From Lentisphaeria bacterium (GTDB lineage: Bacteria > Verrucomicrobiota > Lentisphaeria > JABSQK01 > JAWLHB01): a stretch of 64,000 nucleotides of DNA. The notes under the pieces were generated by a model, which saw only the letters and a program-made list of their open reading frames with translations, was not told the DNA's origin and did not search any database. Each line of letters opens with the position of its first letter. The first letter of the stretch is position 1. The DNA is taken from assembly GCA_041690595.1 (NCBI GenBank), contig JAWLHB010000001.1, positions 124,001 to 188,000 of the forward strand. Reading direction: 5' to 3'. This document shows, in pieces, positions 1 to 9,565 of the stretch. The translations under genes and the position numbers were made by a program.

Positions 1-142
1 TGAGGGTGGCGAGGGTTCGGTCGCCATCGTAGATGACGATGAACTCATCCTGGTCGCGTGTATGAAAGGAGGGCGTATGGGCGGCGGTGGCGAAACGGAC
101 GTCGCCACGGCGGGATTCGAGATAAGATGGTGCCTGAAACAT
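1..142 (-). CDS. 5' part of a hypothetical protein running off the window (MFQAPSYLESRRGDVRF...)
   Basis: Manually translated open frame from ATG at 142 to the window edge, 27 nt downstream of the preceding minus-strand gene. Confidence 0.55.
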   Translation of the reverse strand, partial: MFQAPSYLESRRGDVRFATAAHTPSFHTRDQDEFIVIYDGDRTLATL

Positions 143-169
143 GGTGAAATCCACGATGAAAGGTTGAGT

Positions 170-2107
170 TCAGTTGGGGAGCGTTGCCGTCAATTCCGTA
201 CCTGTAGTCCGTGGCGGATTCGTTGCCCAACGTTTCTCGCAAATAAAGCCTTCTTCGGTTCGCGCGTATGCAAGGTATTCGGTCTGCAGGTCCCAGAGCA
301 GCTCCACCTCCCGATCTTCCCACGAAAGGTGCAGGTGGCGCTGACTTTCGTAGGTGGAGTCGAGTATCGTGGCGGCCTGGCAACTGGAGCGGAACTGGGA
401 AAAGCCGTTGCGGAAGCGGTCGAGGGAGCCCATGCAGATGACGGCGCCGCCGCCGGTCTGGCGCAGTTCTGCGGGCTCAAAGTCGCGAGCGGGGCCATTA
501 TAGTTGGCAATGGTGAGGCAGAGGAATCTGCCGATGGGACGGACAGTCAGCAGTGGCTGGTCTCCATGAATTCGCGATACCAGGGGATGAATCCCCACGA
601 AGCTTTCGCCGTCACGCAGAAATACCCATTGCGCCTTGGTGCTGCTGCCGCGGCGGTGGGGACAATGGCTTTCTCCGAGCCAGACTTCTTCCACCGGGCC
701 GAACCACTCCGAGACCATGACGCAGGTGCGCAGACTGGAGATGCCGCGCAATATCTCCTCCCCCGCCGCATACCAGCAGACGGCGAGCGGTCCGCTCTGC
801 AACGCGCCTCCGCGACCCTGTTCCGCCAGGTTGCCGCCGTATTCGGGTTGGTCAAAGCACTGCTCCAAGGCATCGTCAATTGTGTAGCGCAGGTAGAGAG
901 TGCGCAGATCTTCGAGCCCGTTTCTGCCGCTGCCGCGTCGCCAGACGGCATGGCAGGTGTCGCTTTGTCCGGTCATCTGCTGCGTCGCTGTGCCAAGTCC
1001 GCAGCTCTTGTCCATGTAGCCGAAGAGATGGGTGCGGCCACGGGGAAAGAGAACGGCGGTTGGCAGGTGGGCGGTTCCGCCGCCAGCGGCGCCTCTCGCA
1101 TACCAGCCGCCCATCTGTTTGGCTTCGGCCTCCGTTACATCGCTTCGCTGCTCGTACCCGCGGTAGGCGGAGAGGGTGGTGGTGGTCTGGTAGGTGAACG
1201 GGAGCGCCTTGTTCAGGGCGAGTTCGAGGGCGTCTGGAGGCGGATTGTAGCGTATGCTCGCATAGATGCCCAGATGGGCCTGCATGAAGGGGAGCACCGC
1301 ATCTTGGGATGCACATGCCTCGGCACTGGTGAAGACTCCGAGTTTAGCTGGAGAGGGAGATGCCGCCTCGCCGAAACCGAGCCAGGCCAGGCAGTGGAGG
1401 CCCGAGTAACCGCCCATGCTGTTGACCGTGTAGCTGCGGCCGGAAGGAGCAGCCGGATGGTGCAGCACGGGATGCCAGCAGAGGGCCAACTCGTTCCAGA
1501 GATGGTGCTCGATCTGTTCTGCCAGAATCCGCACCTCGGCATCCCTGGCCAGCCAGCGCAGAGTGCCCGCGGCAAAGAGGGTGACCGGGAGGTAGTTCAG
1601 GCTGAAGTACTCCCTGCAAACACCATTCTCCCGCAGGAAATGGGCGAACATGCGCAGGTATTTCAGGGCGCGCTCCCTGTAATCCGGACGCTCCTGAATG
1701 GCCGCGGCCTCCAAGAGGCCGAAAGTGTTCAGCAGACCGCAGTTTTCCGTGTAGCGGAAAAGATGCTCGCATGCGTGTGGCAGAATGGCGGCGAAACTGG
1801 ATTCCAGGAGTTGCCTGGCGCCAGGGCTCAACTTGTCCCCATGGAGCCTCAGCAGCAGAGGGGCAAAGAAGGCCGAGAAGTCGTTGCCGTCGTCGATGCT
1901 CGTTTCAAGAATGCGATTGGCGAGGGAGATATGCCGGCAGCTGCCTTCATACAGGCTCAGGCAGTGCCACTCACGCTCGCGTATGCCGGGGATCTGGCCC
2001 CCGGCGAGCCATTCACCTTCCGCGCTGAATCGGGGCGCGTTGGCTTCACGGGTCCACTGCATGAGCAGGTGGCGGCGTCTATCCAGGTCGACAGTGTCGA
2101 TGGTCAT
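170..2107 (-). CDS. Hypothetical protein, probable alpha/alpha-toroid + beta-sandwich (heparinase/alginate-lyase-like fold), no signal peptide
   Basis: ATG at 2107 overlaps upstream stop (ATGA); motifs YTEN, EYFSLNY, WHP..PSGRSYT shared with 5562-7742. Confidence 0.7.
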   Translation of the reverse strand: MTIDTVDLDRRRHLLMQWTREANAPRFSAEGEWLAGGQIPGIREREWHCLSLYEGSCRHISLANRILETSIDDGNDFSAFFAPLLLRLHGDKLSPGARQLLESSFAAILPHACEHLFRYTENCGLLNTFGLLEAAAIQERPDYRERALKYLRMFAHFLRENGVCREYFSLNYLPVTLFAAGTLRWLARDAEVRILAEQIEHHLWNELALCWHPVLHHPAAPSGRSYTVNSMGGYSGLHCLAWLGFGEAASPSPAKLGVFTSAEACASQDAVLPFMQAHLGIYASIRYNPPPDALELALNKALPFTYQTTTTLSAYRGYEQRSDVTEAEAKQMGGWYARGAAGGGTAHLPTAVLFPRGRTHLFGYMDKSCGLGTATQQMTGQSDTCHAVWRRGSGRNGLEDLRTLYLRYTIDDALEQCFDQPEYGGNLAEQGRGGALQSGPLAVCWYAAGEEILRGISSLRTCVMVSEWFGPVEEVWLGESHCPHRRGSSTKAQWVFLRDGESFVGIHPLVSRIHGDQPLLTVRPIGRFLCLTIANYNGPARDFEPAELRQTGGGAVICMGSLDRFRNGFSQFRSSCQAATILDSTYESQRHLHLSWEDREVELLWDLQTEYLAYARTEEGFICEKRWATNPPRTTGTELTATLPN

Positions 2108-3621
2108 TGGGGTTGCGCCGCGAGAAGAGTCCACGTGACACCGTCAAAGAGAGCCAGGCGGGGCGGGCGATCATCCGGCTGAATCGCCAGGACAAGGTCG
2201 CCCAGTTTGGGAGAGCTTATGGTGGCCAGGTTGATCGGCGTCAGGTTCAGTACCTGTGGTGCGCCACCAGCGCCAAGGTAGGTGCGCGCCACGTCATCGT
2301 CATTGTGGGTGACGATGCGGTTGCCGCGACTGTCGGCAGGCAACACGACGCGGTCGCGCCGATCGGTGGTGATGGCGTTGCCGTAGGCGAAGCCGCTGAT
2401 GACCAACAGCCTTGCCTCATACCACTCGAGCTTGTCCTTGATGTCGGTGTTGCGGATGACGGTATCGTCGTCCGCGTTGGCCTGTTCCGGCTGGGGCTGA
2501 GCCGGGACGATTTCGTAAGCGCGCTGCCAGACATTCTCGATGGTGCAATTGGAGGCGCGATCGAGGCGAAGAATAGCACGTTCCGCGCGCGGGGAGCTCA
2601 TCAGCGCGCCAGTGCGTTCCGGGGCGCGCAGGGACTGGTCGGCGATGGAGAGGCTACTGTGGCGGATACTCCAACCATCGGCGCATGCTCCAACGGGATC
2701 GAAGGTATCGGCGACGGCTTCGTAGCGGATGTTCTCTCCAGCGCTTCCCCAGCACGAACCTTCGATGGTCACGTTGCGGACGGAACCGCGAGCATAGAGG
2801 TTGTAGAGCCCGGTTTCGCCCTCGATGCGCAGGCCATCGATGCGGATGTCGCCGACATTTCCTTTGGTACCGTCGAGATAGATGGATGCGAAGCCGCCGT
2901 TGGCGTGATAGCCGCCGAAGATGGAGACATCATTGGCGCTTCCCTTTACGTAGAGACCGATGGAGTTGAGCCCGTGGCTATGGATGAAGCAGCCGTAGAA
3001 ACGCAGCTCGGTGTTGCTGCCACCGGTCATGTCGGGTTCGTAAGGGCTCTGAATGGTATACGTCTTGCCATTCAGCTCGAATTCTGTGTGGGCGGTGAAA
3101 ACGACGCCGATGGCGTTGGGCTGGGTGACATAGATCTCGCAGTTGTAGAAGCGGTCGCACTCGGAGCCATGCAGGCGAATGGCGACTTCGCAATGGTCGC
3201 CGCGAAAGATGCAGTTTTCGAAAACGTGGCCGCCACCCGCGGCGAAGTTGCGCCGTGCCGCCAGCAGCAGCGTTTTGGATCTACCGGAGACCGTGAGGTC
3301 GCGCAGGGAGAGGTAACCGCTGCCGGTCATGTCGATGACGGGGCCGTCGGGGAAGTCGCCGGTAATCACGCTGGTGAACTTGTGCTGGCCCTGAAGGACC
3401 AGCCAGCGAGTCTTCTGGCCATTGTTGTAGAGATTGGTGAGGTCGAGAGGCTTGTCCAGCTTGTAGGTGCCGTTGGGAAGATAGACGACGCCGCCGGGGT
3501 AGGGGACGGCATCGATGGCCTCCTGCAGGCTCGGATAGTCCGCGGCATTGATCGCGCCGGGAGGCATCTGGGCAAAGGCAAGGGCCGCGGCGGCCAGGAA
3601 GGGGATAAGAAGCTTCAGCAT
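2104..3621 (-). CDS. Secreted parallel beta-helix (pectate lyase 3-like) protein
   Basis: Signal peptide MLKLLIPFLAAAALAFA; LQEAIDA..GGVVYLPNGTY N-terminal motif; repeated beta-helix rungs (FENCIF, FYNCEI, FYGCFI). Confidence 0.8.
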   Translation of the reverse strand: MLKLLIPFLAAAALAFAQMPPGAINAADYPSLQEAIDAVPYPGGVVYLPNGTYKLDKPLDLTNLYNNGQKTRWLVLQGQHKFTSVITGDFPDGPVIDMTGSGYLSLRDLTVSGRSKTLLLAARRNFAAGGGHVFENCIFRGDHCEVAIRLHGSECDRFYNCEIYVTQPNAIGVVFTAHTEFELNGKTYTIQSPYEPDMTGGSNTELRFYGCFIHSHGLNSIGLYVKGSANDVSIFGGYHANGGFASIYLDGTKGNVGDIRIDGLRIEGETGLYNLYARGSVRNVTIEGSCWGSAGENIRYEAVADTFDPVGACADGWSIRHSSLSIADQSLRAPERTGALMSSPRAERAILRLDRASNCTIENVWQRAYEIVPAQPQPEQANADDDTVIRNTDIKDKLEWYEARLLVISGFAYGNAITTDRRDRVVLPADSRGNRIVTHNDDDVARTYLGAGGAPQVLNLTPINLATISSPKLGDLVLAIQPDDRPPRLALFDGVTWTLLAAQPQ

Positions 3622-3629
3622 GTTTTCTC

Positions 3630-4343
3630 CTAGTTGGCGTCGTAATACCAGAGGCGGCGATTTTGGGTGCGGGTTGGCCAGGCGAACCGCGTCTGGCCGA
3701 AGCGTTGGACGTGTCCATCCGCCATCAGGAGGTTCATGAAGTTGCTGTGGCGGGTGTCGATGGTGCCGGTGCTGTCTGCCTGAATGCGGAAGTTCTCGTT
3801 GGAGGCGCCGCCGGCTTCATGCACGGCGTGGTGACTGGTTTCCGCGAGGATGAAGCAGTCGGTGGGCCGCGAGAATCGTTCGAGTTTGCGCCCGCCGATC
3901 TCATGTGTCTGCAGCAGGCTGTACGGGTAGAAGTCATGATAGCCGTAGCTGGGTTGCCATTTGATAGCGAGGTAGTTGTCGGTGGGACAGGTGATGACGG
4001 AACTGCGTTTGCCGGAGTGCTGGGGTGAGGCCTTGGCGACCCACTTGCTGTAGGTGCCGGTATCGCCCATTCCAAGGAAGTCGCCCATGACATAGAACCA
4101 GACGCCGTCGTTCCACTGGTTGTAGAAGAGCGGGGGGAAACAGCCGGTGTTTTCATCTTGATACATGGCAAAGGCCAAGCCGAACTGCTTCATGTTGCTG
4201 GCGCATGTCGTTTCGCGCGCCTTATCGCGTGCTTTGGTCAGGGCGGGCAGCAGCATGCTCGCCAGAATGGCGATAATAGCTACGACCACCAGAAGCTCGA
4301 TCAGGGTGAAGCGGCGCGGGGATTCGGGGGGTTGCTTGTGCAT
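3630..4343 (-). CDS. Prepilin-type N-terminal cleavage/methylation, DUF1559 / H-X9-DG domain protein
   Basis: [27 protein letters not shown]...C.SNMKQ; C-terminal [15 protein letters not shown]. Confidence 0.93.
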   Translation of the reverse strand: MHKQPPESPRRFTLIELLVVVAIIAILASMLLPALTKARDKARETTCASNMKQFGLAFAMYQDENTGCFPPLFYNQWNDGVWFYVMGDFLGMGDTGTYSKWVAKASPQHSGKRSSVITCPTDNYLAIKWQPSYGYHDFYPYSLLQTHEIGGRKLERFSRPTDCFILAETSHHAVHEAGGASNENFRIQADSTGTIDTRHSNFMNLLMADGHVQRFGQTRFAWPTRTQNRRLWYYDAN

Positions 4344-4388
4344 GATGATCCTCTCAGGAGAGCTTTGAAGTGCGAGTCTCGTTACTGC

Positions 4389-4418
4389 ATACTATCGAGT
4401 TGGTAAGATGGTTGTCAA
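4389..4418 (-). promoter_or_regulatory. Putative sigma70 promoter for the prepilin operon
   Basis: TTGACA-18 nt-TAGTAT on minus strand, ~45 nt upstream of ATG 4343. Confidence 0.55.
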
Positions 4419-4450
4419 CTGGAAGCAACTGTAAAAGTTGAAAGTAGTTG
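4416..4450. promoter_or_regulatory. Putative operator array CAACT-N5-CAACT-N5-AGTTG-N5-AGTTG
   Basis: Four pentamers at exact 10-bp period forming a nested palindrome between divergent genes, overlapping the -35 box. Confidence 0.55.
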
Positions 4451-4512
4451 TTGATCTTCCGAAGATGGGCATTATGTTAAGGTGACAAGTGAGAATCCCA
4501 GCGGAGAGAGCG

Positions 4513-5562
4513 ATGGATATGCTGCAAGATCGGCAGGTGGCTGCCGAAATCGAGAAGACGATCAGCCGGCAGGGCTTACGACCCGGTGACAAGTTGCCAG
4601 CGGAAGACGAGCTGGCGGTGGAACTGGGTCTGACCCGCCACCAGACGCGCAAAGGGCTGGCGGTGCTGAAGGAGCGGGGGCGCCTGGTACAGAAGCGAGG
4701 CGCGGGCACCTTCATTCCGATGCCGCAGCCGGCGGGCTCGCAAGAGCGAACCTTCGCGGTGATCGGCCCGTTTACGCCAACCATGCTGGCGGAGCTATCG
4801 CCGTTCCAGCAAGGCGCCTTCGAGTACGAGCATCACGTCCAGATCATCGACACGGGACCACTCAAGCAGGATCCTGCCTATGAGCGCGCCTGCTTGCAGC
4901 GACTCCTGGAAAAGCCGGTAGCGGGCGTGATGATCGAGCCGACACCTTTTCTGCCGTCGAGCTTCGATCTGTACGAATCCCTGCGCCTGGCGGGCACCAA
5001 GGTTGCGGTGCTCAACTGCCCGGTGCAGATGTTGCGGGAGCATGCGGTCTTTCAGCTCAACTTCCACAAGGCCGGCTACATGGCTTGCGTACATCTGGCG
5101 ATGGCCGGCTGGCGCAGCCAATGCCTGGTATCGGCCCTGACCCTGGAGACGCAGTGGCAGCACGTGGAGTTTCGCGAAGGTGCCCTGGAAGCGGCGAAAG
5201 ACTACGGCATCGATCTGGAGGTGACCTATGGGCACGTGGTTGCCAATGAAGCGACCTGCCGGATGGAATGGACGCCGGAGTCGGTCCCGCCGGCGCTTGC
5301 GGAAGGTCGGGGCTACATTTGCAGCTGGACGTCGAGCGCCAACCTGTTGCGTCAGCAGCTCCTGGCAACCGGGTGTGTGGATTTCGGCCTGATCTCCGGC
5401 AGTCGGAGTCCAGCAACGAGTGCCTTTCCGTATATACTTCTGGACCCGGTCGAGCGCTACAAGCGTGTACTGGAGTATTTCCTCGACGGCAATGTGGCGC
5501 CGACCAGCCATCTGCTGGACACCGTCCAGCCAGTCATTATTGAAGCACGGGAGGATGTTTGA
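4513..5562 (+). CDS. GntR-family regulator with LacI-type sugar-binding C-terminal domain (AraR-like)
   Basis: PGDKLPAEDELAVELGLTRHQTRKGL..L...G.LVQKRGAGTF HTH; periplasmic-binding-like C-terminus; GGAGAG RBS. Confidence 0.88.
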   Translation: MDMLQDRQVAAEIEKTISRQGLRPGDKLPAEDELAVELGLTRHQTRKGLAVLKERGRLVQKRGAGTFIPMPQPAGSQERTFAVIGPFTPTMLAELSPFQQGAFEYEHHVQIIDTGPLKQDPAYERACLQRLLEKPVAGVMIEPTPFLPSSFDLYESLRLAGTKVAVLNCPVQMLREHAVFQLNFHKAGYMACVHLAMAGWRSQCLVSALTLETQWQHVEFREGALEAAKDYGIDLEVTYGHVVANEATCRMEWTPESVPPALAEGRGYICSWTSSANLLRQQLLATGCVDFGLISGSRSPATSAFPYILLDPVERYKRVLEYFLDGNVAPTSHLLDTVQPVIIEAREDV

Positions 5563-7742
5563 TGGGTAAAGTGGACTGCAATCTGGAGGCGCAGGCAGTG
5601 CGTCGGGAAGGGTATTGGGCGCGGATAGGGGAGAAGTGCCGCCAGTTCTTCAATGATAGGGGCGAGTTCAATGGTAATGGCTGGCGAGAGGGAAGCGCGC
5701 GCGCCTACGATCAACGCAACGTCATCGAATTGTCGACGGCATTGCTGCATGGGGATGCGGGAGGTCGGGAACTGGCAGAGAAAGCGTTGCGGGCAAACGA
5801 CCTGATGCTTGGGCATTGCGCGTTTGCGATGGATATGATGATGGCGCTGTGGCACAGCAGCGGCCATTATCTGACGCCGTCGACGCGTGAGTGGCTGCTT
5901 GGGGAGATTCGCGCGGCCAGCGTGACCACGGTGAATGGGACCCTGCATAGGGGCGTTGGCGCCGCGGGCTATGACGTGACGCACAGCGGGCACAATCTGC
6001 GTGGCGTGCAATGGCATGGCTACAATGATAACCATGTGTCGCTGGCGACTTCGGCACTGATCCTGACGGGTGAGCTGCTGAATGAGCCGCATGATGTCGA
6101 GGCGGGGCGGGCGAGCCTGTACCAGCTTCGGGATGTGCTGCAGCGGCGCGGCTTCATTCACGAGGCGAATGACTGCTATCTGCCGCACACAATGTACCCG
6201 CTGGCGGCGATTGTCGCGTGGGCTCGGGATGCCGAGTGCCGGGAGTTGGCGCAGGGCGCGCTGGATCGCATCTGGAGCGATCTTATCGGCCACTGGCATC
6301 CGAATCTGGCTCGCAAGATTGGGCCGAGTGCCAGGGACTATACGCATGGGCGACTGTCGTGTCAGGGGTGGGGAATGCTTTTCAGTTACGTTTTCGGCGA
6401 AGGTGCGCTGCCGGGCTGGCTTTGCATCGACGACATTCTGGAGCCGGAGCAGACGCCGGAGCATCGTCGGGTGGCATGGCCGCATGGGGAGAATCTGGCT
6501 TGGTCGCTGGGCTTTCTGACGCGGGTCAGCGCGCAGCCGTACCATGTGCCGGAGTTCCTGGCGGGGCAGGTGGTTACGAAGCCGTATCCGTATGAGATTG
6601 TCGGCACCAACGAGTTCGGCAACATGCTGGAGATCTGGGAGGAGGTGCATCCTGACGGCAGCAAGACTCAGCATGGTCTGCACAACGTGCAGTATGCCGG
6701 GGGCGAGCATCTGTTGACGTCATATATGGAAGCGGACTGGGGGATGGGGACGGCGGATCAGCGGTTGCTGGGGTCGTGTCCGAACAACAACTGGCAGGTC
6801 AGTTACCGCAAGCGGGCTCCGCTGGACGACGCCCGCGACCAGGGCTCATGGTATTGCTCCTTCAGCATCAATCACAAGTGCATGGCGGAGGAGCATCACC
6901 TGCAGATGATCGAAGGGAGGCCGGAGTCGCGGATGCTGCACGGGCCGATCCACTTCGGCGATGCCGGGCGCTTTGCCGGGGTGCAACACAGGGGGACGGC
7001 GATCATGCTTTATCGGCCGCGACCGCTGGAGAACTGGGCCATCCGTTCGCTGGCGCTGACGTTGCTCTACCCGCTGCACTACGGCAATCAGCTTGACCAA
7101 CTATGGTTCGGGGAGCAGAGGATAGAGGAGTGGCAGGGTGAGTCCGCGACTGTCTCTGATATCTTCGTGCAGGATGGCCCAATCTATCTTGGCTTTCGGC
7201 CGTTGCTGCCGCCATGGCGGGAGGATCTCGACGGGCTGCCGTTGCCGACTTCGGTGCGGTTGCGGGCGGCCAGGCGGGGGCTATGGGGCTGCGTCGACAT
7301 TGTTGGCTATGAGGGTGAGCCAATCGCCGTGCAACAGGAGTGCGACCTGGCAAGGCTGGGCAATGGCTTCCTGGTGGAAGTGGCAACCGAGGCAGATTTC
7401 GCGTCGCTGGAAGATTTCAAGGCGTGGTTCCGCCGGGGCAAATTGGTCGACGACACGTTTCACTGGCAGCGGCAGGTGCGCTACTGCCGCGAGGGTCTGG
7501 AGCTTGGTTTGCGCTGGGATGCGTGGCAGGATCGAATCGTCAGCCGCAGCCTCAATGGACGGGCTCTGCCGATCCCGCAGTTTGCCTGCACGGGCATCGA
7601 CAATGAGCGGTTGCCCTGGCTCAGTGGCCCGGTTGCCACCGCGCCCGCGACGGACTGGCTGCCTGTGCTTGTCAATCGCCCCCAGCACAGTCACGGTCAC
7701 CAACCACTGCCCCTGAACATCGAACCGGGAGTGTCTTCATGA
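5562..7742 (+). CDS. Hypothetical protein, paralog of 170-2107 (lyase-like alpha/alpha + beta-sandwich)
   Basis: TGATG coupling with GntR; ARDAE..WHP...GPSARDYT and GRFAGVQ motifs shared with 170-2107. Confidence 0.72.
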   Translation: MGKVDCNLEAQAVRREGYWARIGEKCRQFFNDRGEFNGNGWREGSARAYDQRNVIELSTALLHGDAGGRELAEKALRANDLMLGHCAFAMDMMMALWHSSGHYLTPSTREWLLGEIRAASVTTVNGTLHRGVGAAGYDVTHSGHNLRGVQWHGYNDNHVSLATSALILTGELLNEPHDVEAGRASLYQLRDVLQRRGFIHEANDCYLPHTMYPLAAIVAWARDAECRELAQGALDRIWSDLIGHWHPNLARKIGPSARDYTHGRLSCQGWGMLFSYVFGEGALPGWLCIDDILEPEQTPEHRRVAWPHGENLAWSLGFLTRVSAQPYHVPEFLAGQVVTKPYPYEIVGTNEFGNMLEIWEEVHPDGSKTQHGLHNVQYAGGEHLLTSYMEADWGMGTADQRLLGSCPNNNWQVSYRKRAPLDDARDQGSWYCSFSINHKCMAEEHHLQMIEGRPESRMLHGPIHFGDAGRFAGVQHRGTAIMLYRPRPLENWAIRSLALTLLYPLHYGNQLDQLWFGEQRIEEWQGESATVSDIFVQDGPIYLGFRPLLPPWREDLDGLPLPTSVRLRAARRGLWGCVDIVGYEGEPIAVQQECDLARLGNGFLVEVATEADFASLEDFKAWFRRGKLVDDTFHWQRQVRYCREGLELGLRWDAWQDRIVSRSLNGRALPIPQFACTGIDNERLPWLSGPVATAPATDWLPVLVNRPQHSHGHQPLPLNIEPGVSS

Positions 7743-9565
7743 AGTATCTTGTCCTCCTGCTGCTTGCCGGCAGCGTGGTGGCCGGTGGGCTGAAGGTCGA
7801 GCAGCAGACGGAATTCATCGTGGAGAACGACTATTATCGGCTGGTCATCGACACGGCACGTGGCGGCTCGATACGGAGCTTCATCTACAAGCCATTCGAT
7901 ATCAGCAAGGATTGGATCTATGCCAAGGGAGGGGGGCTGCTGCAGGATATGATCTGGCAGCAGCGGCACCCGGGAGAGTTGCAGGATCATCCCTACGAGT
8001 ATCGGATCGTGGAGCAGTCGGCCAGGCATCTTCGCATCGAGCTGTGGCGGGCCTTCCGTCAGTTGCCATATCCGGGTCTTGTCATGCGCAAGGAGATTGA
8101 CCTGCGTGCGGACAGCCCAGCCATACGGGTGCGGATGACCCTGGAGAACACCAGCGAAGAGGATGTGTTTCCGGGCGCCTGGGTGCAGAATCGTTTCTTC
8201 GGGGGCGGCAACCGGGGGGTGCCTGTCTCCTTTCGGCCTTCTTATCTTGGGATCCGCATGAGCTATTTCGAAGGGGGAAGGGGCATTGGCGATGAGTTCG
8301 TGAGGCGGCCGGCGGCTGGCTGGGCGGCCACCTTCGATCGCGAAAGCGGCGCGGGCTTTCTGGGATTGGTCGATTACAACTATCTGCAGCAGCACTACTC
8401 GTGTTTGCCCGCGTATACGATGGAGTTCTTTTTCGACCGGGTGCTCGTTCGCGCCAGCCAGAGCTGGACGACGGCGTACATGCTGGTGCCGGTCACGGAT
8501 ATGAGCAACTGCTACTATGCCGACGAGCGCGTCTACGTGACCGCCAGTCAGGCAGGTGACCAGTTGACCTTTGCCGTGCATCCAACCAGCGGGACGGTGG
8601 CGGCAACCATGTTGAGCGTTTCGGCGGTGACATCGGATCGCTCGGCTGAACTGGGGAGGGTGTCGGCAACATTTGATGCCATTGGCGCGGGCAAGGCGGC
8701 GACGATTTCGCTGACGGTGCCCGGCATCGAGAAGCAACCTGTCATACTGAAGCTGGCAGTCGTCGCGGAGGGTGTGTCGGGCGAACAGGAGTTCATGTAC
8801 TACACGGACAGTGGCGGCTACCACCTGCAGGAGTCGGCGGTGACCTATCGGGCGGAGCTGCCCCGCAAGGTCAAGCCGGAGCTGATGGAGGACCGGAATC
8901 TGCGGCTGGAAGCGAAGTCGGGACTGCAGGTATTCTATGCGTACGGCCTTTGGCACGACATGAATCGGGTGAAGGAAGCGCTTACCGCACTCGATCCGGC
9001 CGTTGTTTTCGATGAATCCATTTTCCAGACTGGCACGCTGGGGCACGAGCTGACGCGACAGCCTTTACTGGCGGAGGAGTTGCTGGGTTACGACCTGGTG
9101 GTGCTTAACAATGTGGGTGCCGAGGCGTTGGGTGAAGCCGGCGAGATTGCCGTCGAGCAGTACGTCCGTGCGGGCGGCTCGCTGCTCGTCTGTGGAGGTC
9201 TCTACAGCCTGGGCAAATCGCGCTGGCATGAGAGCGTGCTGGCGGAGGTGTTGCCGTTCTCGACGCTACCGTTCTGGGATATCCATCGCCTGCCTGCTTT
9301 TACGGCTATCTCGGGCGTGGATGGAGTCGCCGTGCAGTGGATCCAGCAACCGAAGGAACTGCGGGGTGATGCTGCCGTCCTGCTCCGAGCAGGGGAGCAT
9401 CCGCTGCTGATCACCGGCGGTCATGGCCGAGGCAAGGTCGTGGTCTGGCTGGGGACCCCCATGGGCAGCCCGCCACCGAATGTCGTTCCGTACTGGGAAA
9501 GCCCTTCATGGGTGCCAACCTTGTCAAAGATCCTGAGCCAGAACCTGCAGGAGGTGATCCGATGA
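7739..9565 (+). CDS. Secreted protein: galactose-mutarotase-like beta-sandwich + class I glutamine amidotransferase-like (DUF1355-type) C-terminal domain
   Basis: Signal peptide; VENDYYRLVIDTARGGSIRS; YDLVVLNNV...YVRAGGSLLVCGG; ATGA overlap. Confidence 0.7.
   Translation: MKYLVLLLLAGSVVAGGLKVEQQTEFIVENDYYRLVIDTARGGSIRSFIYKPFDISKDWIYAKGGGLLQDMIWQQRHPGELQDHPYEYRIVEQSARHLRIELWRAFRQLPYPGLVMRKEIDLRADSPAIRVRMTLENTSEEDVFPGAWVQNRFFGGGNRGVPVSFRPSYLGIRMSYFEGGRGIGDEFVRRPAAGWAATFDRESGAGFLGLVDYNYLQQHYSCLPAYTMEFFFDRVLVRASQSWTTAYMLVPVTDMSNCYYADERVYVTASQAGDQLTFAVHPTSGTVAATMLSVSAVTSDRSAELGRVSATFDAIGAGKAATISLTVPGIEKQPVILKLAVVAEGVSGEQEFMYYTDSGGYHLQESAVTYRAELPRKVKPELMEDRNLRLEAKSGLQVFYAYGLWHDMNRVKEALTALDPAVVFDESIFQTGTLGHELTRQPLLAEELLGYDLVVLNNVGAEALGEAGEIAVEQYVRAGGSLLVCGGLYSLGKSRWHESVLAEVLPFSTLPFWDIHRLPAFTAISGVDGVAVQWIQQPKELRGDAAVLLRAGEHPLLITGGHGRGKVVVWLGTPMGSPPPNVVPYWESPSWVPTLSKILSQNLQEVIR

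Noticed and set aside
62..3633. Long plus-strand ORFs 62-2182 and 2107-3633 (also 19368-20927, 23399-25321, 40838-42406, 49333-51732)
   Set aside because: Antisense shadows of well-supported minus-strand genes, expected in high-GC DNA; no motifs
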